Assembly: GCA_002269645.1 (NCBI GenBank)
Contig: NIVC01002371.1
Coordinates: forward strand, 1 to 64,000
DNA: 64,000 nucleotides
Source: Macrostomum lignano
Lineage: Eukaryota
Reading direction: 5' to 3'
The notes under the pieces are model-generated. The model searched no databases. It was given only the letters and a program-made list of their open reading frames with translations, and was not told the origin of the DNA. Position numbers and translations under genes: made by a program. How positions within the stretch are numbered: the stretch's first letter is position 1; every line of letters starts with the position of its first letter. Below are positions 1 through 14,249 of this stretch, one piece after another.

Positions 1-324
1 TTTGAACTGCTTTTTTCGACCCAAGATTTGTCCAAGCCAAGTATAAGATGCTCCCTTCTCGGCTAGAAAGGCTTTGCACAGCGCGCATTAAGATTCTAGC
101 TAGCTATAGTCATGGCCAGCCCTGCTGATCATGTCGGCAGGAACGGAGCTTTTGTAATTTCTAGCTCCGGCGCGAAAAGGTTAATTACATTACAAATCGA
201 TACCCAACTTCAATTACGTGTAAAAACCATGATAATAATATGGGCACGGCAAATACGAGCCAATTGTTTTGATTGACAGCAAGAATTGCGGAACATTTTT
301 TTAGATTAGACTATCGCGGGGTCT

Positions 325-836
<512 letters not shown>

Positions 837-1091
837 TGCCTACTGTAACAGGATTGCTATGAAACAACGAAACAATGAAACAACAACCTATAAATAAGAG
901 ACTAATATGATTGCATAAGAATAGCACGAAACGGGTTGCAAATGAGAGCCTATGTGATTAGCTAGTCTCTAAACTAACTATACAAACTAAGGCTTTACTG
1001 AGCTACACAAAATAACAAAAAATCATTCAGTTGGTCTGAAACTCAAATTTTACCGGCACCAAAGAAAGCACGCAGAGTTCGGCCTGAGTTT

Positions 1092-2276
1092 CTAAGACAG
1101 CTTGCACGCGCTGCCGCCAAACTCTTTGCCCCGTTGGTCCAGTGCAATTTTCTCCTTTCAGCAAGAAAGTTCAAAGCAGATTTGGCAATGAAACTGGAAG
1201 TACCGCGCGGACACAACCGATTCGGTTTTCGTAGAATTTGTTCATCGATTTTTTCGAACTCCGGACCATCCAGACGGTGTTCGATTTTGAAATCGCGCCA
1301 AGCCTATCAACAATGCTGAGCACGTCGAGTTCCTCTTTAACTTTGAGCTCGGATTTCTCTGAAGGATTAGCTCGATAATGACTAGGGCCTCGACCATCAT
1401 CTGGCGCAGAGCGGGATTGGCGTCTCCCTGGCCAGAGTCGATTGGACTGCGAACACGAAGTTGGCATCGTTGCGGGACATGTCGTTCAGGCAGGGTGCTG
1501 CTCAATGAGGGTGTGCCCGATCCGGATGCCGCCTGAGCAGGCCTCTAGAACGCCGTAGACGCCTTCGTAGAAACCGGACGCACTCGCAGAGGCCAGCCGT
1601 CGATACGCCGCTGCCAGTAGGGATGGCGCGACTGCCGATGGTCCAGGATGGACACTATTAGGGATTTCACCTGGGCGGGTGGGAGACGGTTGCGGTTGAT
1701 GAAGATTGTGTGGTTTTATCAGAACTAATTAGTGTAGGGACTGCCACTGAGCAGCGCACACAAGATACGTAGGCTGAGGCACACGCTCACAAAGGTTTTT
1801 CAGCGGCCCTGACTCTACATGTAAGGGATGTACATTCTATCTTGGAGATTAGCGCTCATTAGCATAATCAGTCACCAATAAAATATGTGCTGTCGGCGTA
1901 GGAACAGGGAGATAGGGAGAAGGGGTAGGTGAGACAGGGGAGGGGGGAGCGATGGAAAGGAGAGACGGAGGGACAGTAAGGAGGGAATGACAGTAAAGGA
2001 AATGGAGAGAGGGAGACAGGGAGAGAGAGGGGGAAGCAGGGAGAGGAGAGAACGGGAGAGAAGAGAGGGAGAGACAGGAGAGAGGGAAGAGAGAGATGGA
2101 GAGGGAGAGAAGAGAGAGGGGAGAGAGGAGAGGGAGGAGAGAGACGGAAGGGAGAGAGGGAGAGAAAAGAGAGGGAGAAAAAGAGAGAAGAGAGAGAGAG
2201 AGAAGGGAGAGGAGAGAGGAAGGGAGAGAGAGGAGAGGGAGAGGGAAGAAGAGAGAGGAAGAGAAAAGAGAAGGAG

Positions 2277-2347
<71 letters not shown>

Positions 2348-5300
2348 GAGAGGAGAGAGGGAAGGGAGAGAGGGAGAGGGAGAGGGAGAGGAAGAGAGAG
2401 AGAGGAGAGAAAGAGAAGAGAGGGGAGAGGGAGGAGAGGGGAAAGGGAGGAGGGAGGGAGAGGAGAGAGAAGGGGGGAGAAGAGAGAGAAGGGGGGAGAG
2501 GGAGAGAGAAGGGGAGAGGAGAGAGAAGGAGAGGGAGAGGAGAGAGAAGGAAGAGGGAGAGGAGAGAGAAGGGAGAGAGGAGAGGAGAGAGAAGGGAGAG
2601 GGAGAGGAGAGAGAAGGGGAGGGAGAGGAGAGAGAAGGGAGAGGAGAGGAGAGAGAAGGGAGAGGGAGAGGAGAGAGAAGGGGAGGGAGAGGAGAGAGAG
2701 GGAGAGGGAGAGGAGAGAGAAGGAAGAGGGAGAGGAGAGAGAAGGGAGAGGGAGAGGAGAGAAGGGAGGGAGAGGAGAGAGAAGGGGGAGAGGAGAGAGA
2801 AGGGGGAGAGGGAGAGGAGAGAGAAGGGGGAGGGAGAGGAGAGAGAAGGGGGGAGAGGAGAGAGAAGGGGGAGGGAGAGGAGAGAGAAGGAGGGAGAGGA
2901 GAGAGAAGGGGGAGAGGGAGAGGAGAGAGAAGGGGGAGGGAGAGGAGAGAGAAGGGAGAGGGAGAGGAGAGAGAAGGGGGAGAGGAGAGAGAAGGGGGAG
3001 AGGGAGAGGAGAGAGAAGGGAGGGGAGGAGAGAGAAGGGGGGAGAGGAGAGAGAAGGGGAGGGAGAGGAGAGAGAAGGAGGGAGAGGAGAGAGAAGGGGG
3101 AGAGGGAGAGGAGAGAGAAGGGGAGGAGAGGAGAGAGAAGGGAGAGGAGAGGAGAGAGAAGGGGAGAGGGAGAGGAGAGAGAAGGGGGAGATGAGAGAGA
3201 AGGGGGAGGAGAGGAGAGAGAAGGGGGAGAGGAGAGAGAAGGGAGAGGGAGATGAGAGAGAAGGGGGAGGGAGAGGAGAGAGAAGGGGGAGGGAGAGGAG
3301 AGAGAAGGGTGAGGGAGAGGAGAGAGAAGGCGGAGGGAGAGGAGAGAGAAGGGGGAGGGAGAGGAGAGAGAAGGGTGAGGGAGAGGAGAGAGAAGGGGGA
3401 GGGAGAGGAGAGAGAAGGGAGAGGGAGATGAGAGAGAAGGGGGAGGGAGAGGAGAGAGAAGGGGGAAGGAGATGAGAGAGAAGGGAGAGGGAGATGAGAG
3501 AGAAGGGGGAGGGAGAGGAGAGAGAAGGGAGAGGGAGAGGAGAGAGAAGGGAGAGGGAGAGGAGAGAGAAGGGAGAGGGAGAGGAGAGAGAAGGGGGAGG
3601 GAGAGGAGAGAGAAGGGAGAGGGAGAGGAGAGAGAAGGGGGAGGGAGAGGAGAGAGACATTAGATTGCAGACAGTAAAATCAGTGAGAAGCAGGCAAATA
3701 GAATAAGGTAAAAAACCTTATACGGCGACAGATTCTGCAGTATCTTGCAGCCGCCGAACAGCGGATCGTTGACGTTGGCCAACTCAATATCCAGAGCGTC
3801 AATCAGAGGGTCCAGTCTGATGTAGTGAATGCCACGGAACAGCACGCTGTCTCGGCAGATCAGCGAGCCTAGAAACAGAATCAGCTCCTGAAGCAGCACA
3901 GCCTTGCCAGACGGTCCCGGTGGATAGTGAGCGTAGAGAATCTGGCAGAGCTCCTTGGGTGTCAGCGGCCTGTCAATCACAATGTCCGACCCGATGATGA
4001 TCCGCTTGCCAGCCACGATAACATTGGACAGGGAGGGCGCGAGGCTGTCCACCTCTTTGCGTAGGATGGCCGAGGCATAGCGAACGATGGCCCAGCGCTG
4101 TTGAACCCCGGCAGTCCGGCTCATCTCCTCAAGGCGCTGAGCCACCGTCTCATTGGCGCCTGGCATTGAGGTGTTATGGTGGGGATTCTATGAGTCTAGC
4201 CTTGAGGGTTTGAAAAGTTTGAGAGGACTGATCAGGGATTTAAAAAAATAGCTGGAGCATACTGGGGAATTAACTTTGAGGATCTGAAGGGGAATTAAGT
4301 TTGAGGATCTGAGGGGAATTAACTTTGAGGATCTGAAGGGGAATTAAGTTTGATGATCTGAGGGGAATTAAGTTTGAGGATCTGAGGGGAATTAAGTTTG
4401 AGGATCCGAGGGGAATTAAGTTTGAGGATCTGAGGGAATTAAGTTTGAGGATCTGAGGGGATTAAGTTTGAGGATCTGAGGGAATTAAGTTTGAGGATCT
4501 GAGGGAATTAAGTTTGAGGATCTGAAGGGGAATTAAGTTTGAGGATCTGAGGGGAATTAAGTTTGAGGATCTGAGGGGAATTAAGTTTGAGGATCTGAGG
4601 GGAATTAAGTTTGAGGATCTGAGGGGATTAAGTTTGAGGATCTGAGGGGAATTAAGTTTGAGGATCTGAGGGAATTAAGTTTGAGGATCTGAGGGGAATT
4701 AAGTTTTAGGATCTGAGGGGAATTAGGTTTGAAGATCTGGAGGGAAATTAAGTTTGAGGATCTGGAGGGAATTTAAGATCAAAGATTGGGAAATTAAGTT
4801 TCAGGGTTTTCGAGAATAAATTAGAGGATTTCAGGGGCATGTCAGTGATGAGGAATCTAATTTTGGAAATTGTTATCAAGGATTGTAAAGATTGTATTGC
4901 ATCATGGTCAAATTTAAACAACGCACCAGGCAGAACATAATCAGCGCCGTGCCTGTCAACCAGCATGTGCAGCAGTTGAGTCTTTGGCCCCATATTAAGC
5001 GACGCTGTGTCGATAAGCTGGCAAAGCTGCTCAGAATTGCTGGACTCAACCCGTCTTGTATCAATCCATTCTTCCTGCTCAATGGCCACCGCGGCGTGAC
5101 CTTGAATGTTCATCAGGGAGCGGAACGATTTCTCAACGCTGAGCTCCTCAACGCTGGGCAGGTCGCGAAATGCGTGATTATGATCCTGCAGGTAGTCCAG
5201 GTGGTCCACGCAGGCGCTAGCGAGAAGATTCTGCGCTCGGCCGAGCAGGACTCGAACGTCGTTGACCCAGCCGCTACGCATGCTGGTGAGAAAGGCGATG

Positions 5301-8300
5301 AGCTGCTTGGCTCCCGCTGCCCGATCATGTCTTCTCGAAGCAGAAAGCAGAAAGTTGGACGGCCTTTCAGGCGCCACCAAGTGGAGAGGAACAACAGATT
5401 GGTCCGCACCTGTGGGAATTACCGGTCAGTTGTGCTTAGAATTCTGGGCATTTCACTAGTGTTTGAATCTGAGCACTTCCTGCAAGTATTCCAGATTTGA
5501 GTATGAGCACTTCCTATAGTGCTCAGAGCACTCAGAGTGCTTAAAGGGTCTGAGCACTCCTTATATTCTATATTTGATTCTGAGCACTCCTTGCATTTTA
5601 TATTTGATTCTGAGCACTCCTTGCATTCTAGATTTGAATCTGAGCACTCCTTGTATTCTAGATTTGATTCTGAGCACTCCTTAGACTCTAGAGTAAAGTC
5701 TGAGAACACTATTAATAGTTCTGAGTCAAAGCGCACACCTCATCGATGACCATGTCCATATCGTGCAGCAGGTAGAAGTCGCGCATCTCGAACAGCAGCG
5801 GGTAGCACAGCACGGTGCGGCCCGGGACCCTGTAGAACTTGGCCGTGCCCAGCTGCCCAATCGGACGGAGCGGCCGGCCGGACAGGCTAAGGCGGTCGCA
5901 TCTGCCCAGGCATTCCTGAACGCGAATCAGATTCTTTGACGGCCACAGGGTGATGGGCTCCACCTGCGGTTCAAGGCAGACACTGTAGGTATAACAGACT
6001 GAAAGATTAAATCACAGACAGACAGACAGGCAGACAGACAGACAGGCAGACAGACAGAGGCAGACAGGCAGACAGACAGACAGGCAGACAGACAGACAGA
6101 CAGACAGACAGGCAGACAGACAGACAGACAGACAGACAGAGACAGGCAGACAGACAGACAGACAGGCAGGCAGACAGGCACAGACAGACAGACAGACAGA
6201 CAGGCAGACAGGCAGACAGACAGACAGACAGGCAGGCAGACAGACAGACACAGACAGAATAAACATCTCACCTGAGTAGGAGTCTGGCTCTGCACACCAA
6301 AGGTAGCCAGCATCTGCTGCAGCCGCACAGACTCGGAAATGAGCACCACCTGCACCACCAGATCCTGCAGCTTGTTAATAAACGGCACGCGCCTTGACAG
6401 ATCCAACGGCCGCTCGTGAAACGGCTTATGGCGGCGAAGTAGATCCAAATCGTGCGCCATGAGGTAGCCGGACTCCATCAGGTCGGCGATGAGCATGACG
6501 GCTTCGCCCCACAGGAAGATGGGATCGCCAAGTTGAAAGTTGGGCCGGCGCGTCTGACTGCCCGGGTTGCTGTACTCGTCCTGCAGGTAGTCGCGAGGCA
6601 CAAAGTAGAACTTCGGCATCCAACGGCGTGGCTGCTGCTGCTGCTGACGCGAACTCGGATCCCAGGGGGGCGGGCTGGATGGAGCAGGGAGTTCGATCGA
6701 CTTCAAATAGGGATTAAGATTTCGAATGGGGATTTGGGGCTGCATTTGTGGTTGCATCAATCTGCATCAAGGATTGGGATTAAGCTACGGAATGAGGATT
6801 AAGCTACGGGATGGGGATTAAGCTACGGAATGAGGATTAAGCTACGGGATGGGGATTAAGCTAAGGTGATGGGAATTAAGCTACGGGATGGAGATTAAGC
6901 TACGGGATGGGGATTAAGCTAAGGTGATGGGAATTAAGCTACGGGATGGAGATTAAGCTACGGGATGGGGAATAAGCTACTGGATGCGGATTAAGCTACG
7001 GGATGGGGATTAAGCTACGGGATGGAGATTAAGCTACGGGATGGGGAATAAGCTACTGGATGCGGATTAAGCTACGGGATGCGGATTAAGCTACGGGATG
7101 GGGATTAAGCTACTGGATGCGGATTAAGCTACGGGATAAGGATTAAGCTACGGGATGGGGATTAAGATACGGGATGGGGATTAAGATACGGGATGGGGAT
7201 TAAGCTACTGGATGCGGATTAAGCTACGGGATGGGTATTAAGCTACGGGATGGGGACTCAAAACAACTCACACGGCGCCATCGGAATCCAGTTCCACCAG
7301 CAGCGAGTCCAGCTTCCGTTTGTACACCGTGGCAGTCTTCGTATCGCCCTGCAGACAGTGCTCAATGACCAGGAAAGCATAGAATATCGGCCATTGACAT
7401 TCCACATGCTCGAATGTCTTCAGCTCGCCGTGGGAGTACTGAACCCGCCGGTGCGGCCCAGTGCCGCTGGTCTCCATAGCGCAGCCGTAGCCGTCTCTGG
7501 AGAACCGTTTGAAGCCGTAGTCGCCACGGAACCGGTCGAACACGTTCTGCAGAGCGGATTTCCTCACAGACTCGTGCGTAGCGTGACCCGGCCAGCACAG
7601 GGTGGGTATTAGCGAACTATCGCAGCCTTTGGTGGCGCTCTCCCTAGGCAGCAGATTAGTGAGAATAATCCGATTCCTAGAATGGGCATCGATGTCAACG
7701 TGGATCACGGTGGTGTGATCGCCAGACTGGCCGAACACGTTGAAACTGTTGGCCGCTTCCAGGGCGGCCTTGGCGAAGCCAACGGAGCTGGCGTGCAGCT
7801 CCACGCTGCCAGTGTTCTGCTTGGTGCCGCGCTCCCACATGCCGAAGTCCGGGATGCGGTAGGCCCGCTCTAGGTAGAATATCAGGTTCTGGAATACGTT
7901 TACCTGCCAATGGGGATTGGTTTGGAATTAGGGAAGCTAGGTTTATTGAGCAAGCGCGGCTTTAACGCTCAAGAATCGGACACTTTGACCTTCAAGAATC
8001 GGACACTTTGATACTCAGGAATCGGACACTTTTACAGTCAAGAATCGGACACTTTGACACTAAAGAATCGGACACTTTGATACTCAAGAATCGGACACTT
8101 TGACAGTCAAGAATCGGACACTTTGATACTCAAGAATCGGACACTTTGACGGTCAAGAATCGGACACTTTGACAGTCAAGAATCGGACACTTTGATACCC
8201 AAGAATCGGACACTTTGACAGTCAAGAATCGGACACTTTGACAGTCAAGAATCGGACACTTTGATACTCAAGAATCGGACACTTTGATACTCAAGAATCG

Positions 8301-10172
8301 GACACTTTGACAGTCAAGAATCGGACACTTTGATACTCAAGAATTGGACACTTTGATACTCAAGAATCGGACACTTTGACAGTCAAGAATCGGACACTTT
8401 GATACTCAAGAATCGGACACTTTGATACTCAAGAATCGGACACTTTGATACTCAAGAATTGGACACTTTGATACTCAAGAATCGGACACTTTGACAGTCA
8501 AGAATCGGACACTTTGATACTCAAGAATCGGACACTTTGATACTCAAGAATCGGACACTTTGACAGTCAAGAATCGGACACTTTGATACTCAAGAATCGG
8601 ACACTTTGACAGTCAAGAATCGGACACTTTGACAGTCAAGAATCGGACACTTTGATACTCAAGAATCGGACACTTTGATACTCAAGAATCGGACACTTTG
8701 ATACTCAAGAATCGGACACTTTGATACTCAAGAATCGGACACTTTGACAGTCAAGAATCGGACACTTTGATACTCAAGAATCGGACACTTTGATACTCAA
8801 GAATCGGACACTTTGACAGTCAAGAATCGGACACTTTGATACTCAAGAATCGGACACTTTGATACTCAAGAATCGGACACTTTGATACTCAAGAATCGGA
8901 CACTTTGACAGTCAAGAATCGGACACTTTGACAGTCAAGAATCGGACACTTTGATACTCAAGAATCGGACACTTTGATACTCAAGAATCGGACACTTTGA
9001 TACTCAAGAATCGGACACTTTGACAGTCAAGAATCGGACACTTTGACAGTCAAGAATCGGACACTTTGACACTAAAGAATCGGACACTTTGATACTCAAG
9101 AATCGGACACTTTGATACTCAAGAATCGGACACTTTGACACTAAAAAATCGGACACTTTGACACTAAAGAATCGGACACTTTGACAGTCAAGAATCGGAC
9201 ACTTTGACACCCAAGAATCGGACACTTTGACACTAAAGAATCGGACACTTTGATACTCAAGAATCGGACACTTTGATACTCAAGAATCGGACACTTTGAC
9301 AGTCAAGAATCGGACACTTTGACACCCAAGAATCGGACACTTTGACACTAAAGAATCGGACACTTTGATACTCAAGAATCGGACACTTTGATACTCAAGA
9401 ATCGGACACTTTGATACTCAAGAATCGGACACTTTGACAGTCAAGAATCGGACACTTTGATACTCAAAAATCGGACACTTTGACACTAAAAAATCGGACA
9501 CTTTGACACTAAAGAATCGGACACTTTGACAGTCAAGAATCGGACACTTTGACACCCAAGAATCGGACAGTTTGATGCTCAAGACTTGACGCTCACCTCA
9601 GTCTTAGTATGAACAATCTCCAAACCAGAGCTGATCATCTGAATGCTCATCAGCACAAACAGACCGACAGAGTCCAGCTGGTGATGCTGGTAGCCCTTAA
9701 AAGCGGAGTCAATCAGCTCCCCGCCAGTCCGATAGTCGAACACAGTCAGCAAGCATCGCCTTGGACTTTGCTGTTCTTTAAAAGCTTCCAGCCGATCAGT
9801 TTGCGTCATCCAGAAATTCAATATCGATCGCATGCATTTCAAGGCGCGCTGACGCAACTCCCAGCAGCGACCGCTGTCCTGATCGGTTTTGCGGTACACC
9901 TGAGCCAGAGCCCAGATGCTAGTTGCTATGTAGATATTGTCACGAACGTGTCCGGCATAGCAAGGGGGATCGGACTCAGGGTACAGAGGGAACAGGCCAG
10001 TGATCGGGTGCTGATAAGGCAGGATCTGGCCTGAGCAGCGCTGATAGAACTGCTGCAACACTGTCTGATTATACTGGGGCAGCTCGTTGGATAAAATGCC
10101 GAATATGTCCGACGATGTGGCGCTGTTCCTTTTTGACATTGTTCTCTGTTCTGCTGCTTGGTGAGGTGGCAT
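1092..10172 (-). CDS. PHKB: Phosphorylase b kinase regulatory subunit beta, 7 exons, about 1110 aa; frameshifts in exons 5 and 7
   Basis: Exons: 10172-9597, 7903-7272, 6674-6272, 5963-5739, 5409-4927, 4159-3717, 1670-1092, all GT-AG with consistent phases. Motifs YQHPITGLFP, YLERAYRIPDFGMWERG, VDIDAHSRNR (beta-type rather than alpha-type), GFKRFSRDGY, LSGRPLRPIG, RRIDG. C-terminal CAAX-like CKLS*. Confidence 0.92.
1895..3657. repeat. GA-rich low-complexity tandem array in PHKB intron 6
   Basis: Near-pure A/G, with GAGGAGAGAGAAGGG units. Confidence 0.95.
4262..4800. repeat. 23-24 bp minisatellite (ggggaattaagtttgaggatctga) in PHKB intron 5
   Basis: About 22 tandem copies. Confidence 0.95.
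5455..5722. repeat. 30 bp minisatellite (tctgagcactcc...tttga) in PHKB intron 4
   Basis: Tandem copies; the ORF track shows a 10-aa period. Confidence 0.9.
6015..6257. repeat. (CAGA/CAGG)n microsatellite in PHKB intron 3
   Basis: Direct inspection. Confidence 0.95.
6768..7253. repeat. 19 bp minisatellite (ggattaagctacgggatgg) in PHKB intron 2
   Basis: About 25 tandem copies. Confidence 0.95.
7968..9585. repeat. 23 bp minisatellite (caagaatcggacactttga-tact/cagt) in PHKB intron 1
   Basis: About 70 copies in two interleaved variants. Confidence 0.97.
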
Positions 10173-10225
10173 GAGCCATATGATGGGATAATGTTATTCG
10201 GTTAACCAGCAGGAAACAAAAGCGC

Positions 10226-11768
10226 CACTATTAGTCTACAAAAGTGGCACTATAAGTCTACAAAAGTGGCACTATAAGCTAACAAAAGTGGCACTATAAG
10301 TCTACAAAAGTGGCACTTTAGTCTACAAAAGTGGCACTCTAGTCTACAAAAGTGGCACTCTAGTCTACAAAAGTGGCACTCTAGTCTACAAAAGTGGCAC
10401 TCTAGTCTACAAAAGTGGCACTATAAGTCTACAAAAGTGGCACTTTAAGTCTACAAAAGTGGTACTCTAGTCTACAAAAGTGGCACTATAAGTAAACAAA
10501 AGTGGCACTCTAGTCTACAAAAGTGGCACTCTAGTCTACAAAAGTGGCACTCTAGTCTACAAAAGTGGCACTCTAGTCTACAAAAGTGGCACTATAAGTC
10601 TACAAAAGTGGCACTATAAGTAAACAAAAGTGGCACTCTAGTCTACAAAAGTGGCACTATAAGTCTACAAAAGTGGCACTCTAGTCTACAAAAGTGGCAC
10701 TCTAGTCTACAAAAGTGGCACTATAAGTCTACAAAAGTGGCACTTTAAGTCTACAAAAGTGGTACTCTAGTCTACAAAAGTGGCACTATAAGTAAACAAA
10801 AGTGGCACTCTAGTCTACAAAAGTGGTACTCTAGTCTACAAAAGTGGCACTCTAGTCTACAAAAGTGGCACTCTAGTCTACAAAAGTGGCACTATAAGTC
10901 TACAAAAGTGGCACTATAAGTAAACAAAAGTGGCACTCTAGTCTACAAAAGTGGCACTATAAGTCTACAAAAGTGGCACTATAGTCTAGTCTACAAAAGT
11001 GGCACTCTAGTCTACAAAAGTGGCACTATAAGTCTACAAAAGTGTCACTCTAGTCTACAAAAGTGGCACTCTAGTCTACAAAAGTGGCACTATAAGTCTA
11101 CAAAAGTGGCACTCTAGTCTACAAAAGTGGCACTTTAAGTCTACAAAAGTGGCACTCTAGTCTACAAAAGTGGCACTTTAAGTCTACAAAAGTGGCACTC
11201 TAGTCTACAAAAGTGGCACTATAAGTCTACAAAAGTGGCACTCTAGTCTACAAAAGTGGCACTTTAAGTCTACAAAAGTGGCACTCTAGTCTACAAAAGT
11301 GGCACTCTAGTCTACAAAAGTGGCACTATAAACCTAAAAAAGTGGCACTCTAGGTCTACAAAAGTGTCACTCTAGTCTACAAAAGTGGCACTATAAGTCT
11401 ACAAAAGTGGCACTCTAGTCTACAAAAGTGGCACTTTAAGTCTACAAAAGTGGCACTCTAGTCTACAAAAGTGGCACTTTAAGTCTACAAAAGTGGCACT
11501 CTAGTCTACAAAAGTGGCACTCTAGTCTACAAAAGTGGCAACATAAGTAAACAAAAGTGGCACTTTAAGTCTACAAAAGTGGCACTCTAAGTCTACAAAA
11601 GTGGCACTCTAAGTCTACAAAAGTGGCACTCTGGTCTACAAAAGTGGCACTCTGGTCTACAAAAGTGGCACTTTAGTCTACAAAAGTGGCCCTATAAGTA
11701 AACAAAAGTGGCACTCTAGTCTACAAAAGTGGCACTATAAGTCTACAAAAGTGGCACTCTAGTCTAAA
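10226..11768. repeat. 21-22 bp minisatellite (agtctacaaaagtggcactct) immediately upstream of the PHKB start
   Basis: About 70 copies. Confidence 0.97.
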
Positions 11769-12480
11769 AAACGCCTGGGCTAAAAATATAAAAATGACAA
11801 TATACGACACAAAAGCAAAATTGAAAGTCTGCTTTTAGCAATCTTTCATTGTGGCCAGAGGCCCATATTTTAAAACCACATATATTATTTTCTGGCGTTT
11901 GACATAACCAACAAAACACGGCATCAACAGAAACTCAAGTCCATAGTCAATAATAATCATTTCATTATTATTTAAAAACATATTACAATAGCAAATAGGA
12001 AATGAAGTAGTAAGTTTAGGAACAAAACTGTCATAATATATAAAAGACCAAAGCTGTCATTTACAGCGGGCAGACTTTGTTATTTATCTTTGACAAAAAT
12101 CTTTCTCAATAATAGCTTTTATATAGTTTTGCATTAAAAAAAACGCATTACATAAATGACAATAATCAAAACTTCGATTTCCGTAGATTTAAAACTCATA
12201 CTACTGAAAATCAAAAACAGTAGTAGTATGAGGAGAATAAGCAACATCTAATTTCTACCACTAATTAACAATAATCGATCTGATCAAGGAATTGCTAATG
12301 TGCAAAAAGTGTTTGTGTACCAATAAATATAGTTTGAAAAGATTCAGAGCAGATCTAAGAACGCGATTAAATATTAATATTAATAAATAGTAAAAATTAT
12401 TATGATTTATTAGGAAATAAGCAATTTAAATTTTAACTGAGTTTCACTATGATGGTTTTGAATCGGTGCAGTGCTAGATT

Positions 12481-12707
12481 TTGAATTTGACAGCTGTTGA
12501 ATTTGAAGGCTGCGTACGGCTGTTCAAAGGCTGGGGGGTCGCCACACACAGCCTCAATTACCCCAGTTAATGCTGGCACCCATTTTACAGCTGGGTGAAC
12601 ACTGAAGCAATGCAGAATTAAAGTGTCTTGCTCAAGGACACAGATTGTTCAGAGTGGGATCGGGAATCGAACCCCCGACCATCAAATCGCTAGTCCACAA
12701 CAACCTC
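12481..12707 (-). mobile_element. tRNA-derived CORE-type SINE, copy 1
   Basis: On the minus strand: B-box GGTTCGATTCC, CORE-like block TGTGTCCTTGAGCAAGACACTT...TTCACCCAGCTGTAAAATGGG, and tail TTCAAATTCAACAGCTGT shared with the copy at 23305. Confidence 0.85.
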
Positions 12708-14249
12708 TTGTTACAATCACTGGCTTGCAGTTTATACTATAAATAGTAATTTCAATTTCAATTAAAATTATTGTGTTCAAAAGAAAACAGACACAACGCA
12801 CTGGCATATAGACTGGAATGCCACCAGGCCAAAGGCAGAAAGCGGTGTACAAACAACAGGTACTCGGGGAGAAAAAATAATAGTACAATATAAAGCCAGT
12901 AAAAAGTCGTACTGTAGCAGCAAAAGAAAGATGAAAATTACAACAATAGAGAATTTACAATTATTAAAAACCCGCAATTGAGGCACAGACTGTGTACAAT
13001 ACCACTAGAAAGTCAGTACAATGCCCCCCCCCTGGATCCCTTCGCGACCAACTAATTAGAGAACAGTAAAGGACACCTTAACAATATCCGATGTTATTGG
13101 GAAGACTGCTCCATATATACTGCAAATATATGGACTGCAAATAAACTATTCTTTTAAAAACAAAAGCGATATTTCGTACCTTCTACTACTACTATTACTA
13201 CTAAAGTTAGCAGTAGTATGTGAAGGAAATCTTAAAAGAGACAAAGGTTGTTGTATAAATAATAATAATTAATAACAATGAACTACAAAAACAGCATTTT
13301 TATTAAAACATTAAACCAAACAAGTTAACTAAGCAAGACAAGCACAAGACGAAAATGAAAAACGCCAAAAAAAATAGCCGAGGTATATATTTTTATTAGT
13401 TTAGAGCAAGGGTTCGTAGGCCTTATTGATTCAAGGGCCAGATGGAAAATTAAGCGCATGACTGCGAACCAAAGGAGGGGAGAGGAGAGAGGGAATGGAG
13501 AAGACAGAAGAGAGATAGTAGAAAGTAGAGGCGAGGTAATAAAGGAGAAGAGAGGAAAGAGGAGAGAGAGAGGAGAGAATGGAGAAGAAAGGAGGAATGA
13601 GAGGAGAGAAGAGAAAAGAGAGGGGAGAGAGGAAAGGAGAGATTATTAGAGAAAAGAGCCCCCCTGAGCAGGCACACAAACGCGCGGATGCGTACGCAGT
13701 CATACGCACAGGCACACACTTACACAGGAGTGCACAGCAGCCCTGACTTTATTTATCGTTAGGCATGTGCATTTTACTGTGCCTTGGGTTGCAGTTGCAC
13801 GAGCAGAGCTGCAGCCAAGATTTCAATTTAGCGCCAAATTAACGTGACTGCACTTGGAATCGAGCCTGGGCCGCTGGCACATGAGACTGCAAATGTGGCA
13901 TTTTCAAAAAGCACAGAAACAATGCAAAAATTACAGAAAACAAAGCCCAACAGTAACTTTACTATCTGTATGTACAAAGCTGATCATTTAGTTAGCAAAC
14001 AAAAAAACTTGGAAAATTGTAACAACACTACTTATCAGTAGCAATTCAATCAGTTAGAAATTGAACAATTTCCAAGGAATGAGACTTTCCTGTTGCCTAA
14101 GATTGGCCATGACACTACCCTTGTAGAGCTTCATAGTCTATAATAATTGAAACTAAAACTAACAGAAACTTTTGAGAGCGTCATTACTAGCACCTGGGAT
14201 GGCACAACTGTTAGGCATCTGTTGGGGCACAGTATAAACGGATTTCAAC

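Noticed and set aside
1849-3706. 400-600 aa S/P/L- or E/R/G-rich ORFs
   Set aside because: Translations of a GA-rich intronic array that lacks stop codons.
7968-11768. Regular short repeats resembling CRISPR arrays
   Set aside because: Head-to-tail units without unique spacers, no cas genes, and a eukaryotic context.
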